Positions 1 to 9,118 of a stretch of 64,000 nt of DNA are shown here, piece after piece; within the stretch, counting starts at the first letter, position 1; every line of letters starts with the position of its first letter. Both the position numbers and the translations under genes were made by a program. This stretch comes from Actinomycetes bacterium (GTDB lineage: Bacteria; Actinomycetota; Thermoleophilia; BMS3ABIN01). The notes beneath the pieces were generated by a model. The model was not told the DNA's origin and did not search any database. It saw only the letters and a program-made list of their open reading frames with translations. Location: the NCBI GenBank assembly GCA_021790115.1, contig JAJYIM010000001.1, positions 23,543 through 87,542 on the forward strand, in the 5' to 3' direction.

Positions 1-512
1 GCGCCGCCTCGGCCTCGGCAAAGTTGTAGCCGAGGCTGATGAGCGCTTCGCGCGCCAGCAGGTAGCCGCCGTTGCCGCTGGGGGCTGCCGGGCCGGCGGC
101 GGCGGCCGCCGGCCCGCCCACCTTGTCTTTCAGTTCCAGCACCAGCCGCTCGGCCGTCTTCTTGCCAATGCCGGAGATGCTTTGAAATAAAGCCACATCA
201 TTGTTAATTACCGCCTTTCGGAGCCCATCGGGAGCGTAAGCGGAAAGGACGGCGATGGCCACCTTTGGCCCCACACCCGCCACGCCCTTGAGGATTTCAA
301 AGAACTCGCGCTCCTCGGCTTCAACGAAGCCGAACAGGCTGAGGGCGTCCTCGCGCACGTGCAGATAGGTATAGACAAACACCTCGTTTGTGGCATTTTC
401 CAGAAAGGAGAGGCTGCGCCCGGACATGCTCAGGCGGTAGCCGACACCGCCGACATCAAGAACGACGCCGTCGGCGTCCCGCGACTGGATATGTCCCCTA
501 AGCGAAGCGATC
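1..512 (-). CDS. ruvA: Holliday junction DNA helicase RuvA (N-terminal part; gene runs past window start)
   Basis: Minus-strand translation from ~512 downward gives MIASLRGHIQSRDADGVVLDVGGVGYRLSMSGRSLSFLENATNEVFVYTYLHVREDALSLFGFVEAEEREFFEILKGVAGVGPKVAIAVLSAY..., a typical RuvA domain I/II. Probable TTG start at ~512, overlapping the ruvC stop. Not in the ORF track because it is cut by the window edge. Confidence 0.8.
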
Positions 513-1061
513 AAGGGTTGCGCCCACGCGCCGGCGGTTGCTAATGATCCTGGAATCTGGTGTAGACTTCATGCTATGGGCGTGGCAGATCGCCACAGCG
601 AGCGCGTCGGCGGCGTGGTCCGGCGCCGGCGCCTGCGGCAGGCCGAGCAGCACTTTCACCATCTGCTGCACCTGCGCCTTGCCGGCGCGCCCGTAGCCGA
701 CAACCGCCTGCTTGATCCTCAGCGGCGTGTAGTCAAAAGGCGCCAGCCCCCGCTCGGCGCAGGCAAGCACGGCCACGCCGCGGGCCTGACCGACAGAGAG
801 CGCGGCCTTCAGGTTCACACCGCCGAAAAGCTCCTCGATGGCAGCCGCCTGGGGCCGAAGGGCGTCGATAACCGCCAGCAGCTCCCGGTAAATTTGAAAA
901 AGGCGCTCATGCGGAACATCCCTTGCCGAAGTCACAATGGCTCCGTGCCCCACCAGCCGCGATTTGCCGTCCCCGTGGTCAATCACGCCCCAGCCGGTCG
1001 CCGCCGTTCCGGGGTCGATGCCCAAAACGCGGATGGTGGATTTCACAGGTTCAAAGTTCAA
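498..1061 (-). CDS. ruvC: crossover junction endodeoxyribonuclease RuvC
   Basis: Track ORF of 187 aa with RVLGIDPGTAATGWGVI and the RuvC catalytic layout. Start is non-ATG, either TTG at 1061 or GTG at ~1046. Sits directly upstream of ruvA in the conserved order. Confidence 0.85.
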   Translation of the reverse strand: MNFEPVKSTIRVLGIDPGTAATGWGVIDHGDGKSRLVGHGAIVTSARDVPHERLFQIYRELLAVIDALRPQAAAIEELFGGVNLKAALSVGQARGVAVLACAERGLAPFDYTPLRIKQAVVGYGRAGKAQVQQMVKVLLGLPQAPAPDHAADALAVAICHAHSMKSTPDSRIISNRRRVGATLDRFA

Positions 1062-1062
1062 G

Positions 1063-1140
1063 GTTCAAAGTTTTTATGGTTTTTGGTTTATCCAAAGTCC
1101 AGCATCCAGAGTCCACCATCCAGCATCCGCTTTTCTACCA
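1063..1140. repeat. heptamer-repeat intergenic element (family 1) copy
   Basis: Begins directly after the yebC stop. The minus strand reads TAG-AAAAGCGGATGCTGGATGGTGGACTCTGGATGCTGGACTTTGGATAAACCAAAAACC, i.e. (GGATGSY)n followed by GGATAAACCAAAAACC. The same architecture is seen at more than 10 other loci in this window. Confidence 0.6.
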
Positions 1141-1881
1141 TCCGCTTTCCAATACTTCTTCGCTGATATCAAAGTTGGCGTGCACTTCCTGGACGTCGTC
1201 ATTGTCTTCCAGTGCGTCCATCAACCGCATCATCTTCTTGGCGTCGCTCTGTCCAAGCTCGACTGTGCTCTTGGGAAGCATAGCAAGCTCGGCGGACGTA
1301 TATTTAATGCCGGCCGCCTCGATAGCCTGCCGCACGCGCATGAAATCGGAGGGATCGGTGACGATCTCGTATGTGCTCTCGTCCTGGTTGACATCCTCGG
1401 CACCGGCCTCGATGGCGGCGGTCATCAGCTCGTCCTCACCAACAGTATTCGCGTCCACCACTATCGACCCTTTGCGCTCAAACAGCCAGGCCACCGAGCC
1501 TGTCTCTCCCAGTTTGCCGCCGGTCTTGCTGAAGATGTTGCGCACGTCCGAGGCGGTGCGGTTGCGGTTGTCGGTCATCGCCTCCACCAGCACGGCGACG
1601 CCCGCCGGCCCGTAGCCTTCATAAGCGATGGTTTCATAAGCGGCGCCTTCGCCGGCGCCGGCGCCCTTGGCGATCGCCCGCTCAATATTGTCCTTGGGCA
1701 TCGAGTTGTCCTTTGCCTTCTGGACGGCGGTTACCAGGGTGGCGTTGCCCGCCGGATCGGGCCCGCCCTCCTTGGCGGCGACGGTGATGGCGCGCGAGAG
1801 CTTGGAAAAAAGCTTGCCGCGCCTGGCGTCGGTTGCCGCCTTCTTGTGCTTGATCGATGACCACTTGGAGTGTCCGGACAT
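1135..1881 (-). CDS. yebC: YebC/PmpR family DNA-binding transcriptional regulator
   Basis: [28 protein letters not shown]... is the conserved YebC N-terminus. ATG at 1881 is internal to the 317-aa track ORF (codon 70), giving a 249-aa protein. Stop is TAG at 1135. Confidence 0.85.
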   Translation of the reverse strand: MSGHSKWSSIKHKKAATDARRGKLFSKLSRAITVAAKEGGPDPAGNATLVTAVQKAKDNSMPKDNIERAIAKGAGAGEGAAYETIAYEGYGPAGVAVLVEAMTDNRNRTASDVRNIFSKTGGKLGETGSVAWLFERKGSIVVDANTVGEDELMTAAIEAGAEDVNQDESTYEIVTDPSDFMRVRQAIEAAGIKYTSAELAMLPKSTVELGQSDAKKMMRLMDALEDNDDVQEVHANFDISEEVLESGW

Positions 1882-2221
1882 TGCTCCTCCAGGGTTGTAT
1901 TTGTTGCCGCAGGCGTCCTGCCGCCGCGAAAAACCCAGCAGTAATACAGCAATAATATAACAGAGGCCACAGGCGTGCATGCCGGGACATGCAGGCCGGC
2001 ATGAATGAGAATGAACGTTTCTGTTCCGTTCGATACCCGGGTTTTCAATGATTGACTGGAAGAGAGATCTTATGGTAGACTCACCCATTCATCCACACAG
2101 ATGCAAAGGAGGCAAGCCGGGCAAATGTTCGATATCATCAGTTGCTCACTTTTTAAGTGACAAAGCAGCAAACTGCATCAACATTTAGGTTTGTTGTCAA
2201 CTTCACCGGGGAGGAGTTTTA

Positions 2222-4276
2222 ATGAGGAAAACAAGCAAGCTGTTCCCGAAAAAGCCGCTGCTGCTCGCGGCAGCCGCCGCCGTGGCGGTGATCATCCTGG
2301 CTTTCGTCCCCGCGGTGGCAATGGCAACGTCCTACAGCCAGAGCAGCCAAGTAGCGGTAGTGCCGAGCACGACAAATATAGGTCCAGGCTATACGGGCCA
2401 ACTGCCAACGTCGGGCGGCGGTTTTAACGCTTTTACTTTCTCCAGTCTGCCTGAAGCCAATATTAGCGCCGCCAATTTGGCACCGTATGACACCGTTGTC
2501 CTTTACCAGGATTGCGATCTTGGCGCTAATTTGACGCCATCTCAAAAAAGCGACCTGAACAACTGGGTATCCGCCGGCCACAAGCTGATAATTTATGATT
2601 CTGATTCATGCAACCCGACAGATGGCACGACCCCGGACTGGAGCTGGCTGGCCTTCCCGTTTCAAACCAATAATCCGGGCCAGTTGGGTTCCCACAACGG
2701 CTCCCTGAGCGTGGTGGAAAACGATACTCTCGCCAGCGCCGACCCGCCCTCGGCTTACTATATTGACACGGGCAGCATAACAACCAACACCGACGCCGTC
2801 GGCGACGCGAATGTGATGGTAACCCATGACATGAACTGGTACGGAAATATGTCGGCGGTCAACGCAAACGGGGTGCACGGATGGGTGCATACCTACGCCA
2901 CCCTCGGCAGCGGCCTCGTCATTTACAACGGCCTGGACACAGACTTCATGGATACTGATCCGGGCCTGCAGAAAATCTGGCTGCAGGAGCTGCAGCAGCC
3001 CTGGAACCCGGACGGGCTGCCACACCTAAACTCGGCAGCCGCCAAGAATTACTACTGGACCTGGTACGATAACGTCGGCATGCGCAACTGGGTGCTGATG
3101 GCCAACCCGGCCGGGCGCCCCAACTTGAGCTTCAACCTTACTATTGCCGGCAAGCCATACGGCCTGTCGATGGCCGCGGGCAACGCTCCCGGTGTGGTTC
3201 AGGCGGGCAAGACACTGACAGCCATATATCCCGGCATCATTGGCGGCCCGGTGAAAGTGACATCGAAGACGGGGGACAGCGCCGTCGTCAGCCAGAGGAG
3301 CCTGATGGGCAATTCCTTCGAGGAGGTCCTGGGGACGGACGCCGACACACTCTCGAATCATTTCTTCTGGACCTGGTACGATCAGCAAAGCCCCGGCTTT
3401 ACCAACTGGGTGCTGGTCGCCAACCCATCCGCCACCGAGGCAGTGCATGTGGAGATCTCCATTGCCGGCAAACTGATTTCCCAAAACGATATTGCCCCCG
3501 GCCAGAGGTGGACGCCGACGTTCCCCGGCAAGATTGGCGGCCCGGTGGAAGTGAAGGCTTATCTAAAGGGCGGCACCTGGGCGGGAAATCCGCGTGACGT
3601 AATCGCTTCCCAGCGGGTGCTCTCCAACTTCGGCACGGCCTTTAACGAAGTTCCCGGAATTCCGTCCCGCGAGCTGAAGTCCGACTATCTCTGGACGTGG
3701 TACGACAACGCCTCTCCCGGCGCAACTGACTGGGTGCTGATCGCCAATGCCGGCTTCGATCACAGCGGCAATCCTCAAGGGACAGTGACCACCCATGTCA
3801 AGATAGGAAATACCGTCGTCGGGACGTATCACGTCGGCGCGGGTCAAAGGGTAACTCCCACATTCCCGGGCGTGATGGGCGGGCCTGTGGAAGTCTGGAC
3901 AGACTCTGGCGATGTCATTGCCTCGCAGCGCACGACCTGGGGGCCATCGTTTGAAGAGGTCCCCGGCTACGGCAAGGATGCGCTGGCCAGCGATTACAAC
4001 TGGACCTGGTACGACATGCAGAGCCCTGGCGCGGCAAACTGGATCCTGATTGCAAACCCGAATGGCTCACCCGTCACCTACACGATCAAGATAGGCGGGG
4101 TTGTCCCACCCGGGGGCACGGGCATCATCCCGGCTTATGGCCGGGTAACGCCCACTTTCCCCGGCAAGATGAACGGGCCGGTGGAGGTATCCTCCACGGG
4201 CGGCGTTGTCATGGCCTCCCAGCGGGTTACCTGGAACGGCTACTTCAACGAGGTGCTGGGGACAGTGCTGAACTAG
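2222..4276 (+). CDS. secreted repeat protein with 4-5 copies of a ~100-aa repeat (YxWTWYD...NWVLxANP...PTFPGxMGGPVEV...FNEV)
   Basis: 684-aa ORF with a GGGGAGGAG RBS 8 nt upstream. N-terminal signal peptide MRKTSKLFPKKPLLLAAAAAVAVIILAFVPAVAMA. Four clear tandem ~100-aa repeats, each starting [YF]xWTWYD and ending FNEV[LP]G. No named domain that I recognise. Confidence 0.7.
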   Translation: MRKTSKLFPKKPLLLAAAAAVAVIILAFVPAVAMATSYSQSSQVAVVPSTTNIGPGYTGQLPTSGGGFNAFTFSSLPEANISAANLAPYDTVVLYQDCDLGANLTPSQKSDLNNWVSAGHKLIIYDSDSCNPTDGTTPDWSWLAFPFQTNNPGQLGSHNGSLSVVENDTLASADPPSAYYIDTGSITTNTDAVGDANVMVTHDMNWYGNMSAVNANGVHGWVHTYATLGSGLVIYNGLDTDFMDTDPGLQKIWLQELQQPWNPDGLPHLNSAAAKNYYWTWYDNVGMRNWVLMANPAGRPNLSFNLTIAGKPYGLSMAAGNAPGVVQAGKTLTAIYPGIIGGPVKVTSKTGDSAVVSQRSLMGNSFEEVLGTDADTLSNHFFWTWYDQQSPGFTNWVLVANPSATEAVHVEISIAGKLISQNDIAPGQRWTPTFPGKIGGPVEVKAYLKGGTWAGNPRDVIASQRVLSNFGTAFNEVPGIPSRELKSDYLWTWYDNASPGATDWVLIANAGFDHSGNPQGTVTTHVKIGNTVVGTYHVGAGQRVTPTFPGVMGGPVEVWTDSGDVIASQRTTWGPSFEEVPGYGKDALASDYNWTWYDMQSPGAANWILIANPNGSPVTYTIKIGGVVPPGGTGIIPAYGRVTPTFPGKMNGPVEVSSTGGVVMASQRVTWNGYFNEVLGTVLN

Positions 4277-4323
4277 TCAGAAACGAAATCATGCCGGGTG
4301 CGAAGAAAAACCGCGCCCGCGGA

Positions 4324-4352
4324 AAAGGCGCCCTGATCAGGGCGCCTTTTCC
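4324..4352. terminator. bidirectional rho-independent terminator hairpin
   Basis: GGCGCCCTGATCAGGGCGCC is a perfect 8-bp stem, flanked by AAAA on the left and TTTTCC on the right. Lies between convergent genes (plus-strand end at 4276, minus-strand end at 4441). Confidence 0.6.
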
Positions 4353-4440
4353 TTCCGGGCGGCGCCTGGATCAATCTCAAAAGGAATATTCTCTGCGGCC
4401 GCCTGCAGAGGCTTTGAGAGGAACCTGCCTATTTTTCAAA

Positions 4441-4701
4441 TCAGAATAAATCCGCCCGTGAGATATGGGCGACAATTCGATTGATTTCAACGCGGGAAAA
4501 ATCATTTTTATATAGCCTCAAGAAAATTTTTGTACTCAATTGTGCTTCGTCAAGAGTATGGTATTGCTTTTGTAATCCAACCCGCAGCAGGGCCCTGCCC
4601 GTTTCAAACATGTGACTGGCCATTTGCAAACGTTCTTCCGGGCTGCGCGCGGCAATCATTGCAGCGAACTTTTTTTTCATATCTGGTGCCGTGTCATTCA
4701 T
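4441..4701 (-). CDS. small hypothetical protein (86 aa), downstream partner of a nucleotidyltransferase-like gene
   Basis: Track ORF MNDTAPDMKKKFAAMIAARSPEERLQ...EINRIVAHISRADLF. Overlaps the end of the upstream NTase-like ORF by 8 nt, which suggests translational coupling. No recognisable family. Confidence 0.4.
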   Translation of the reverse strand: MNDTAPDMKKKFAAMIAARSPEERLQMASHMFETGRALLRVGLQKQYHTLDEAQLSTKIFLRLYKNDFSRVEINRIVAHISRADLF

Positions 4702-5245
4702 TCGCTTGCGCTTTCCGGAGGAGATCCATCACACCCAGCTCTTCAGACCATTTATCAAGATAATCATTATCGAGGCGGGCCTGCGCCGCCAGTATCTCTT
4801 GCACGTCCCTTAATTGGAGTTCTGAATTTGAGTCTTTTGCCCAAACAAGTTTTGACAGAATGAGATCTTCCGGAGCGACGATCGAAATCGGCATGCCCGC
4901 AACTTCGACCTTTTGCCTGCGGGAAAATTCCAGAGCCCGATATTTCTCTTTCCCTTTGACAATGAAATCAATTTTGATAACGGATTTGTTGTCGATGATG
5001 TTGAACATGCCCCGTTTCTGCACCGCTTGCCGGACACCGGCTTCGTCAATATAGAAATCATGATGGAATAATTCGATGATCTTCCCAACATCATCAACTG
5101 AAACTTGAATGATCATATCGATGTCCCTGGTCATTCTGGGTGTGGCATAGACGGACAGCGCCATCGAACCAGTTAACATATATTCGATTCCGGCCTTTGT
5201 TAGCCGCGACGATACTTCTTTAATCAGGTCAAGTTCTTCAGTCAT
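4694..5245 (-). CDS. nucleotidyltransferase-fold protein (AbiEii/DUF1814-like GS...DID motif), 183 aa
   Basis: YMLTGSMALSVYATPRMTRDIDMII matches the hGGxAL...R.s.DlD nucleotidyltransferase signature seen in the bona fide AbiEii at 55347 (FLGGTALRFLYSIPRFSEDLDFS). Its ATG overlaps the pdxT stop (ATGA). Confidence 0.5.
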   Translation of the reverse strand: MTEELDLIKEVSSRLTKAGIEYMLTGSMALSVYATPRMTRDIDMIIQVSVDDVGKIIELFHHDFYIDEAGVRQAVQKRGMFNIIDNKSVIKIDFIVKGKEKYRALEFSRRQKVEVAGMPISIVAPEDLILSKLVWAKDSNSELQLRDVQEILAAQARLDNDYLDKWSEELGVMDLLRKAQANE

Positions 5246-5910
5246 GATGGTGCCTTTTTTTGAAACCCGGTTGCCTTTTGACCTTCCAGGATTTTGATCT
5301 CGCCGCCAGCGAGCATCTCCAGGAACAACTGGTGCAGCCTGAGGTCGTCCGTAAGCTCCGGGTGGAAGGCGGTGACAAGCAACCGGTCCTGGCGGGCGGC
5401 GACCGGATGGCCTTCGAACTTGGCCAAAATCTCAACCATGGGACCGGCGGACTCAATCCAGGGTGCGCGGATGAAGATGCCGGGGAAAGGCTCGCCGCCC
5501 AGCGCCGGCACTTCAAGCGGCGCCTCGAAGCTTTTTACCTGGCGGCCGAATGCGTTGCGGCGCACCTTGATGTCCATCAGGCCCAGGAGCGGCTGGTCGT
5601 CCTCGATGACCTCGCGCGCCAGCATCACCAGGCCAGCGCAGGTGCCGAAGACCAGCATGCCCGCCGCTGCCAGCTCGCGGACCGGCTGCAGCAAGTGGTA
5701 GCTGACCATCAGCTTGCCAATGGTCGTGCTCTCGCCGCCGGGGATGACGAGCCCGTCGATTCCTTCCAACTCGCTTCGGCGGCGCACCTGGCGGGCGGTG
5801 ACGCCCGCTTTTACCAGCGCCCGGCCGTGCTCGCGGAAGGCGCCCTGAAGGGCGAGGACGCCGATGGTCGGTTTTCTCGAGGATTGCCTCACAAAAAGAT
5901 TATAGGACAA
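5242..5910 (-). CDS. pdxT: pyridoxal 5'-phosphate synthase glutaminase subunit PdxT
   Basis: TIGVLALQGAFREH...GLVIPGGESTT...FGTCAGLVMLA... is a class I glutamine amidotransferase PdxT. The start is non-ATG, either TTG at 5910 or GTG at 5892. Confidence 0.85.
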   Translation of the reverse strand: MSYNLFVRQSSRKPTIGVLALQGAFREHGRALVKAGVTARQVRRRSELEGIDGLVIPGGESTTIGKLMVSYHLLQPVRELAAAGMLVFGTCAGLVMLAREVIEDDQPLLGLMDIKVRRNAFGRQVKSFEAPLEVPALGGEPFPGIFIRAPWIESAGPMVEILAKFEGHPVAARQDRLLVTAFHPELTDDLRLHQLFLEMLAGGEIKILEGQKATGFQKKAPS

Positions 5911-5945
5911 AGAAGGTTCGGAGGCAGGCGGCGCCCGGGTTGCGG

Positions 5946-6695
5946 CTATGCTGCCGGAATCCGGGGCTTGGTTCCTCCAAAGAGCGCCTGTGCCAGTACT
6001 TGGAAATAACAGGCTATGTCAAAAAATCCGGCTTCTGCCAGCCAATCAAGTTGAGCGTCCAGCGGCGCCAGGATATTGGCTTCCCGGTCAGGCCTTGCCA
6101 GCCACTCGCCGGCGACCTCATCCCTGGTCCTGGCGGAACCCTTCCTTTGCTCGAATTCGAAGAGGGAGTCGATAAACAGATTGTCCCAGAGCTCTTCTGT
6201 CCATTCAGGCTGTGGGGTGACGGTATCGAGGTTCAGGAAAAGACCGCCCGGCTTCAACAGGTTAAATATCTCCCGAAACAAGGCCTGTTTTCGTTCATCC
6301 GGCTGGTGGTGAATGGAGTAGCCCGAGACCACCAGATCGAATGGAGCCAAGCCCTTGACAGTGTCGGTCCAGTCAGGGCTGGCGTAGTCGCCGAGGATAA
6401 AGCTGAGTTTGCCGCCCGCCGGCCCGGCTATCTCCCTGGCTGCCTCAATCATCGACGGGGAAAAATCCAACAAAACTCCCACCGACTGAGGGTACATCGC
6501 GTGTATAGCGCGGCCAAGAATGCCGTCACCGCAGCCGAGATCGATGAAACTGCAGTCGCCGGGAACCCGGCTGCGGACTACCCTGAGCATGATGTCGATC
6601 TGCTCGGCCGCCATGGGAATGGCGGAGCGCACATTTTCCAGGAACGCTAGCGCGAGATCCTGTTTTTTCCAAACCTCGTCGGTTCTGTTCATCAT
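5946..6695 (-). CDS. class I SAM-dependent methyltransferase
   Basis: IDLGCGDGILGRAI (motif I) ... LKPGGLFL (post I/II). 249 aa. Inserted between pdxS and pdxT. Confidence 0.75.
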   Translation of the reverse strand: MMNRTDEVWKKQDLALAFLENVRSAIPMAAEQIDIMLRVVRSRVPGDCSFIDLGCGDGILGRAIHAMYPQSVGVLLDFSPSMIEAAREIAGPAGGKLSFILGDYASPDWTDTVKGLAPFDLVVSGYSIHHQPDERKQALFREIFNLLKPGGLFLNLDTVTPQPEWTEELWDNLFIDSLFEFEQRKGSARTRDEVAGEWLARPDREANILAPLDAQLDWLAEAGFFDIACYFQVLAQALFGGTKPRIPAA

Positions 6696-6702
6696 GCCCG
6701 GC

Positions 6703-7584
6703 TTACCAGCCGCGGTACTGAATCAGGTTTTCCTCGCCGATTTCCTTGATGTCGAGACCGGCCATTGCTTCTTTTAGGCCCGTCGACACTTTGGCAAGAA
6801 TCTGCTGGTCGTTAAAATGCGTCGTCGCCTCGACGATGGCCTTGCCGCGCGCGGCCGGATCGGCGCTTTTGAAGATGCCGGAGCCGACGAAAACGCCTTC
6901 GGCGCCCAGCTGCATCATTAGCGCCGCGTCGGCCGGAGTCGCCAGGCCGCCGGCGGAGAAGTTGACCACCGGCAGTTTGCCGTTCTGGGCCACCCACTGC
7001 ACCAGCTCGATGGGAGCGCGCAGTTCCTTGGCGGCCTTGAACAGCTCATCGCCGTCCATGCCGGCCAGCTGCCTGATCTCGCTGGTGATGGTGCGCATAT
7101 GGCGGACTGCCTCGACAACGTTGCCGGTGCCCGCCTCGCCCTTGGTGCGGATCATGGCCGCCCCCTCGGAGATGCGCCGGAGCGCCTCGCCCAGGTTAAT
7201 GGCGCCGCAGACGAACGGAACCTTGAAGTTCCACTTGTTAATGTGGTTTGACTCGTCAGCCGGCGTCAGCACTTCCGACTCATCAATATAGTCAACTTCA
7301 AGCGCTTCCAGGATTTGCGCCTCGACAAAGTGGCCGATGCGGGCTTTTGCCATGACGGGGATGGAAACCGTCTCCTGGATCTCCCTGATCTTCTCCGGAT
7401 CCGCCATGCGGGCCACGCCGCCGGCAGCGCGAATGTCTGATGGCACCCGCTCCAGCGCCATTACCGCGCACGCCCCGGCCTCTTCGGCAATCTTCGCCTG
7501 CTCGGCATTTGTGACGTCCATGATGACGCCGCCCTTGAGCATCTCCGCCAGACCGGTCTTGACTGTCATTGTGCCGATTTTCAT
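6703..7584 (-). CDS. pdxS: pyridoxal 5'-phosphate synthase lyase subunit PdxS
   Basis: [48 protein letters not shown]... is highly conserved PdxS/SNZ. 293 aa. Confidence 0.9.
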   Translation of the reverse strand: MKIGTMTVKTGLAEMLKGGVIMDVTNAEQAKIAEEAGACAVMALERVPSDIRAAGGVARMADPEKIREIQETVSIPVMAKARIGHFVEAQILEALEVDYIDESEVLTPADESNHINKWNFKVPFVCGAINLGEALRRISEGAAMIRTKGEAGTGNVVEAVRHMRTITSEIRQLAGMDGDELFKAAKELRAPIELVQWVAQNGKLPVVNFSAGGLATPADAALMMQLGAEGVFVGSGIFKSADPAARGKAIVEATTHFNDQQILAKVSTGLKEAMAGLDIKEIGEENLIQYRGW

Positions 7585-7689
7585 GCCGCAAAACCTCCTC
7601 GAAATTACATAATCATCCTATCAAAAAACTGACAGCAGATGGATGCTTCCGGTTTCCGGTTTCAAAAAAATGGAGTGATTTTTTCATTT

Positions 7690-7760
7690 ATCAAGTTAAT
7701 TTTTGGTTTTTGGTTTTTATCCAGCATCCAGAATCCAGCATCCACCATCCGCTTTTACGG
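7690..7760. repeat. heptamer-repeat intergenic element (family 1) copy
   Basis: GGTTTTTGGTTTTTATCCAGCATCCAGAATCCAGCATCCACCATCCGCTTTT in the divergent pdxS / IMPDH-like intergenic region. Reverse complement gives (GGATGNT)n-GGATAAAAACCAAAAACC. Confidence 0.55.
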
Positions 7761-7883
7761 TTGACGCTGGTCCGTACAGGTTATAGCATCCGTCTAACCC
7801 GCAAGCGATAACAACAAGTTCAGGTTGTTTTATCTGGAATCTGGCATCCAGAATCCAGAGTGTGCATATGGAGGTTGGCTGGC

Positions 7884-9041
7884 ATGGAAGTAGAGATCGG
7901 ACGCGGCAAGAAAGGGCGGCGCGCCTACGGGCTGGACGATATCGCCATCGTCCCCAGCCGCAGGACCCGTGACATCGAGGACATAGACATCAGCTGGCAG
8001 TTGGGCCCGCACCAGCTGGGCATCCCCTGCCTGGCTTCGGCCATGGATGGCGTCGTTGATCCCAGGTTTGCCGTGACAATGGGCAAGATCGGCGGCATGG
8101 CGGTGCTCAACCTGGAGGGAATCCAGACCCGCTACCAGGATGCCGAGGGAGAATTGAAAAAGATCGCGGCCCTGCCGGTTGACCAGGCCACCCATGGCCT
8201 CCAGGAGATCTATCAGGAGCCGATCAAGGAAGAGCTCATAACACAAAAGATAAAGGAGATCAAGGACGGCGGCGTGCTGGCGGCGGCTTCGCTCACCCCG
8301 CAGAAAGTGACCCAATACTACCAGCTGGCTCTGGACGCCGGCCTGGATGTGCTCATCATCCAGGGGACGGTCGTCAGCGCCGAGCACGTTAGCTCCGTCG
8401 TGGAGCCGCTTAACCTGAAAAAGTTTATCGCCGAAGTGCCCCTGCCGGTAATTGTCGGCGGCTGCGCTTCTTACACCACAGCGCTCCACTTGATGCGCAC
8501 CGGCGCCGTCGGCGTGCTCGTCGGAGTCGGCCCCGGCGCCGCCTGCACCACCCGCGGCGTGCTTGGCATCGGCGTGCCCCAGGCAACAGCAGTGTCCGAC
8601 GCCTCCGCCGCCAGGGTGCAGCATCTGCTGGAGACGGGGCAGTACGTCAATGTCATCGCTGACGGCGGCATGCGCACCGGCGGCGACATCGCCAAGGCCA
8701 TCGCCTGCGGCGCCGACGGCGTCATGATCGGGTCGCCGCTGTCGCGCGCCTATGAAGCGCCCGGGCATGGCTATCACTGGGGCATGGCCACCTTTCACCC
8801 CCAGTTGCCGCGGGGCACGCGCGTGAAGACAAACCAGGTGGCTTCCCTGGAAGAGATCCTGGTCGGCCCGGCGCGCGAGAATGATGGCACCCTCAACCTG
8901 TTTGGCGCCCTTAAGACTTCACTTGCGACTTGTGGTTATGAAAATATCCAGGCTTTCCAGAAGGCGGAGGTAATGGTCGCGCCCTCCCTCCAGACCGAGG
9001 GCAAGAAGCTGCAGCGCGAGCAGGATGTGGGAATGGGGTAG
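7884..9041 (+). CDS. IMP dehydrogenase family protein lacking CBS domains (GuaB3-like)
   Basis: MEVEIGRGKKGRRAYGLDDIAIVPSRRTRD...GIPCLASAMDGV...GGCASYTTALHLMRTGAVGVLVG... is an IMPDH/GMPR TIM-barrel with no CBS pair. ATG at 7884 is internal to the track ORF (codon 9). Preceded by GGAGG. Confidence 0.8.
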   Translation: MEVEIGRGKKGRRAYGLDDIAIVPSRRTRDIEDIDISWQLGPHQLGIPCLASAMDGVVDPRFAVTMGKIGGMAVLNLEGIQTRYQDAEGELKKIAALPVDQATHGLQEIYQEPIKEELITQKIKEIKDGGVLAAASLTPQKVTQYYQLALDAGLDVLIIQGTVVSAEHVSSVVEPLNLKKFIAEVPLPVIVGGCASYTTALHLMRTGAVGVLVGVGPGAACTTRGVLGIGVPQATAVSDASAARVQHLLETGQYVNVIADGGMRTGGDIAKAIACGADGVMIGSPLSRAYEAPGHGYHWGMATFHPQLPRGTRVKTNQVASLEEILVGPARENDGTLNLFGALKTSLATCGYENIQAFQKAEVMVAPSLQTEGKKLQREQDVGMG

Positions 9042-9046
9042 TAAAG

Positions 9047-9080
9047 CGGGTGCTGGATTCTGGATGCTGGATTAAACCAA
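9047..9080. repeat. heptamer-repeat intergenic element (family 1) copy
   Basis: Follows the plus-strand stop directly: GCGGGTGCTGGATTCTGGATGCTGGATTAAACCAAAACC. Confidence 0.55.
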
Positions 9081-9118
9081 AACCAGCTTGACAAACAGCG
9101 GATAATCGATACTCTCTT

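Noticed and set aside
1063-1140. Heptamer-repeat elements as CRISPR arrays.
   Set aside because: Units are 7 nt, directly tandem with no unique spacers. Copies are dispersed singly across many loci, and there are no cas genes.
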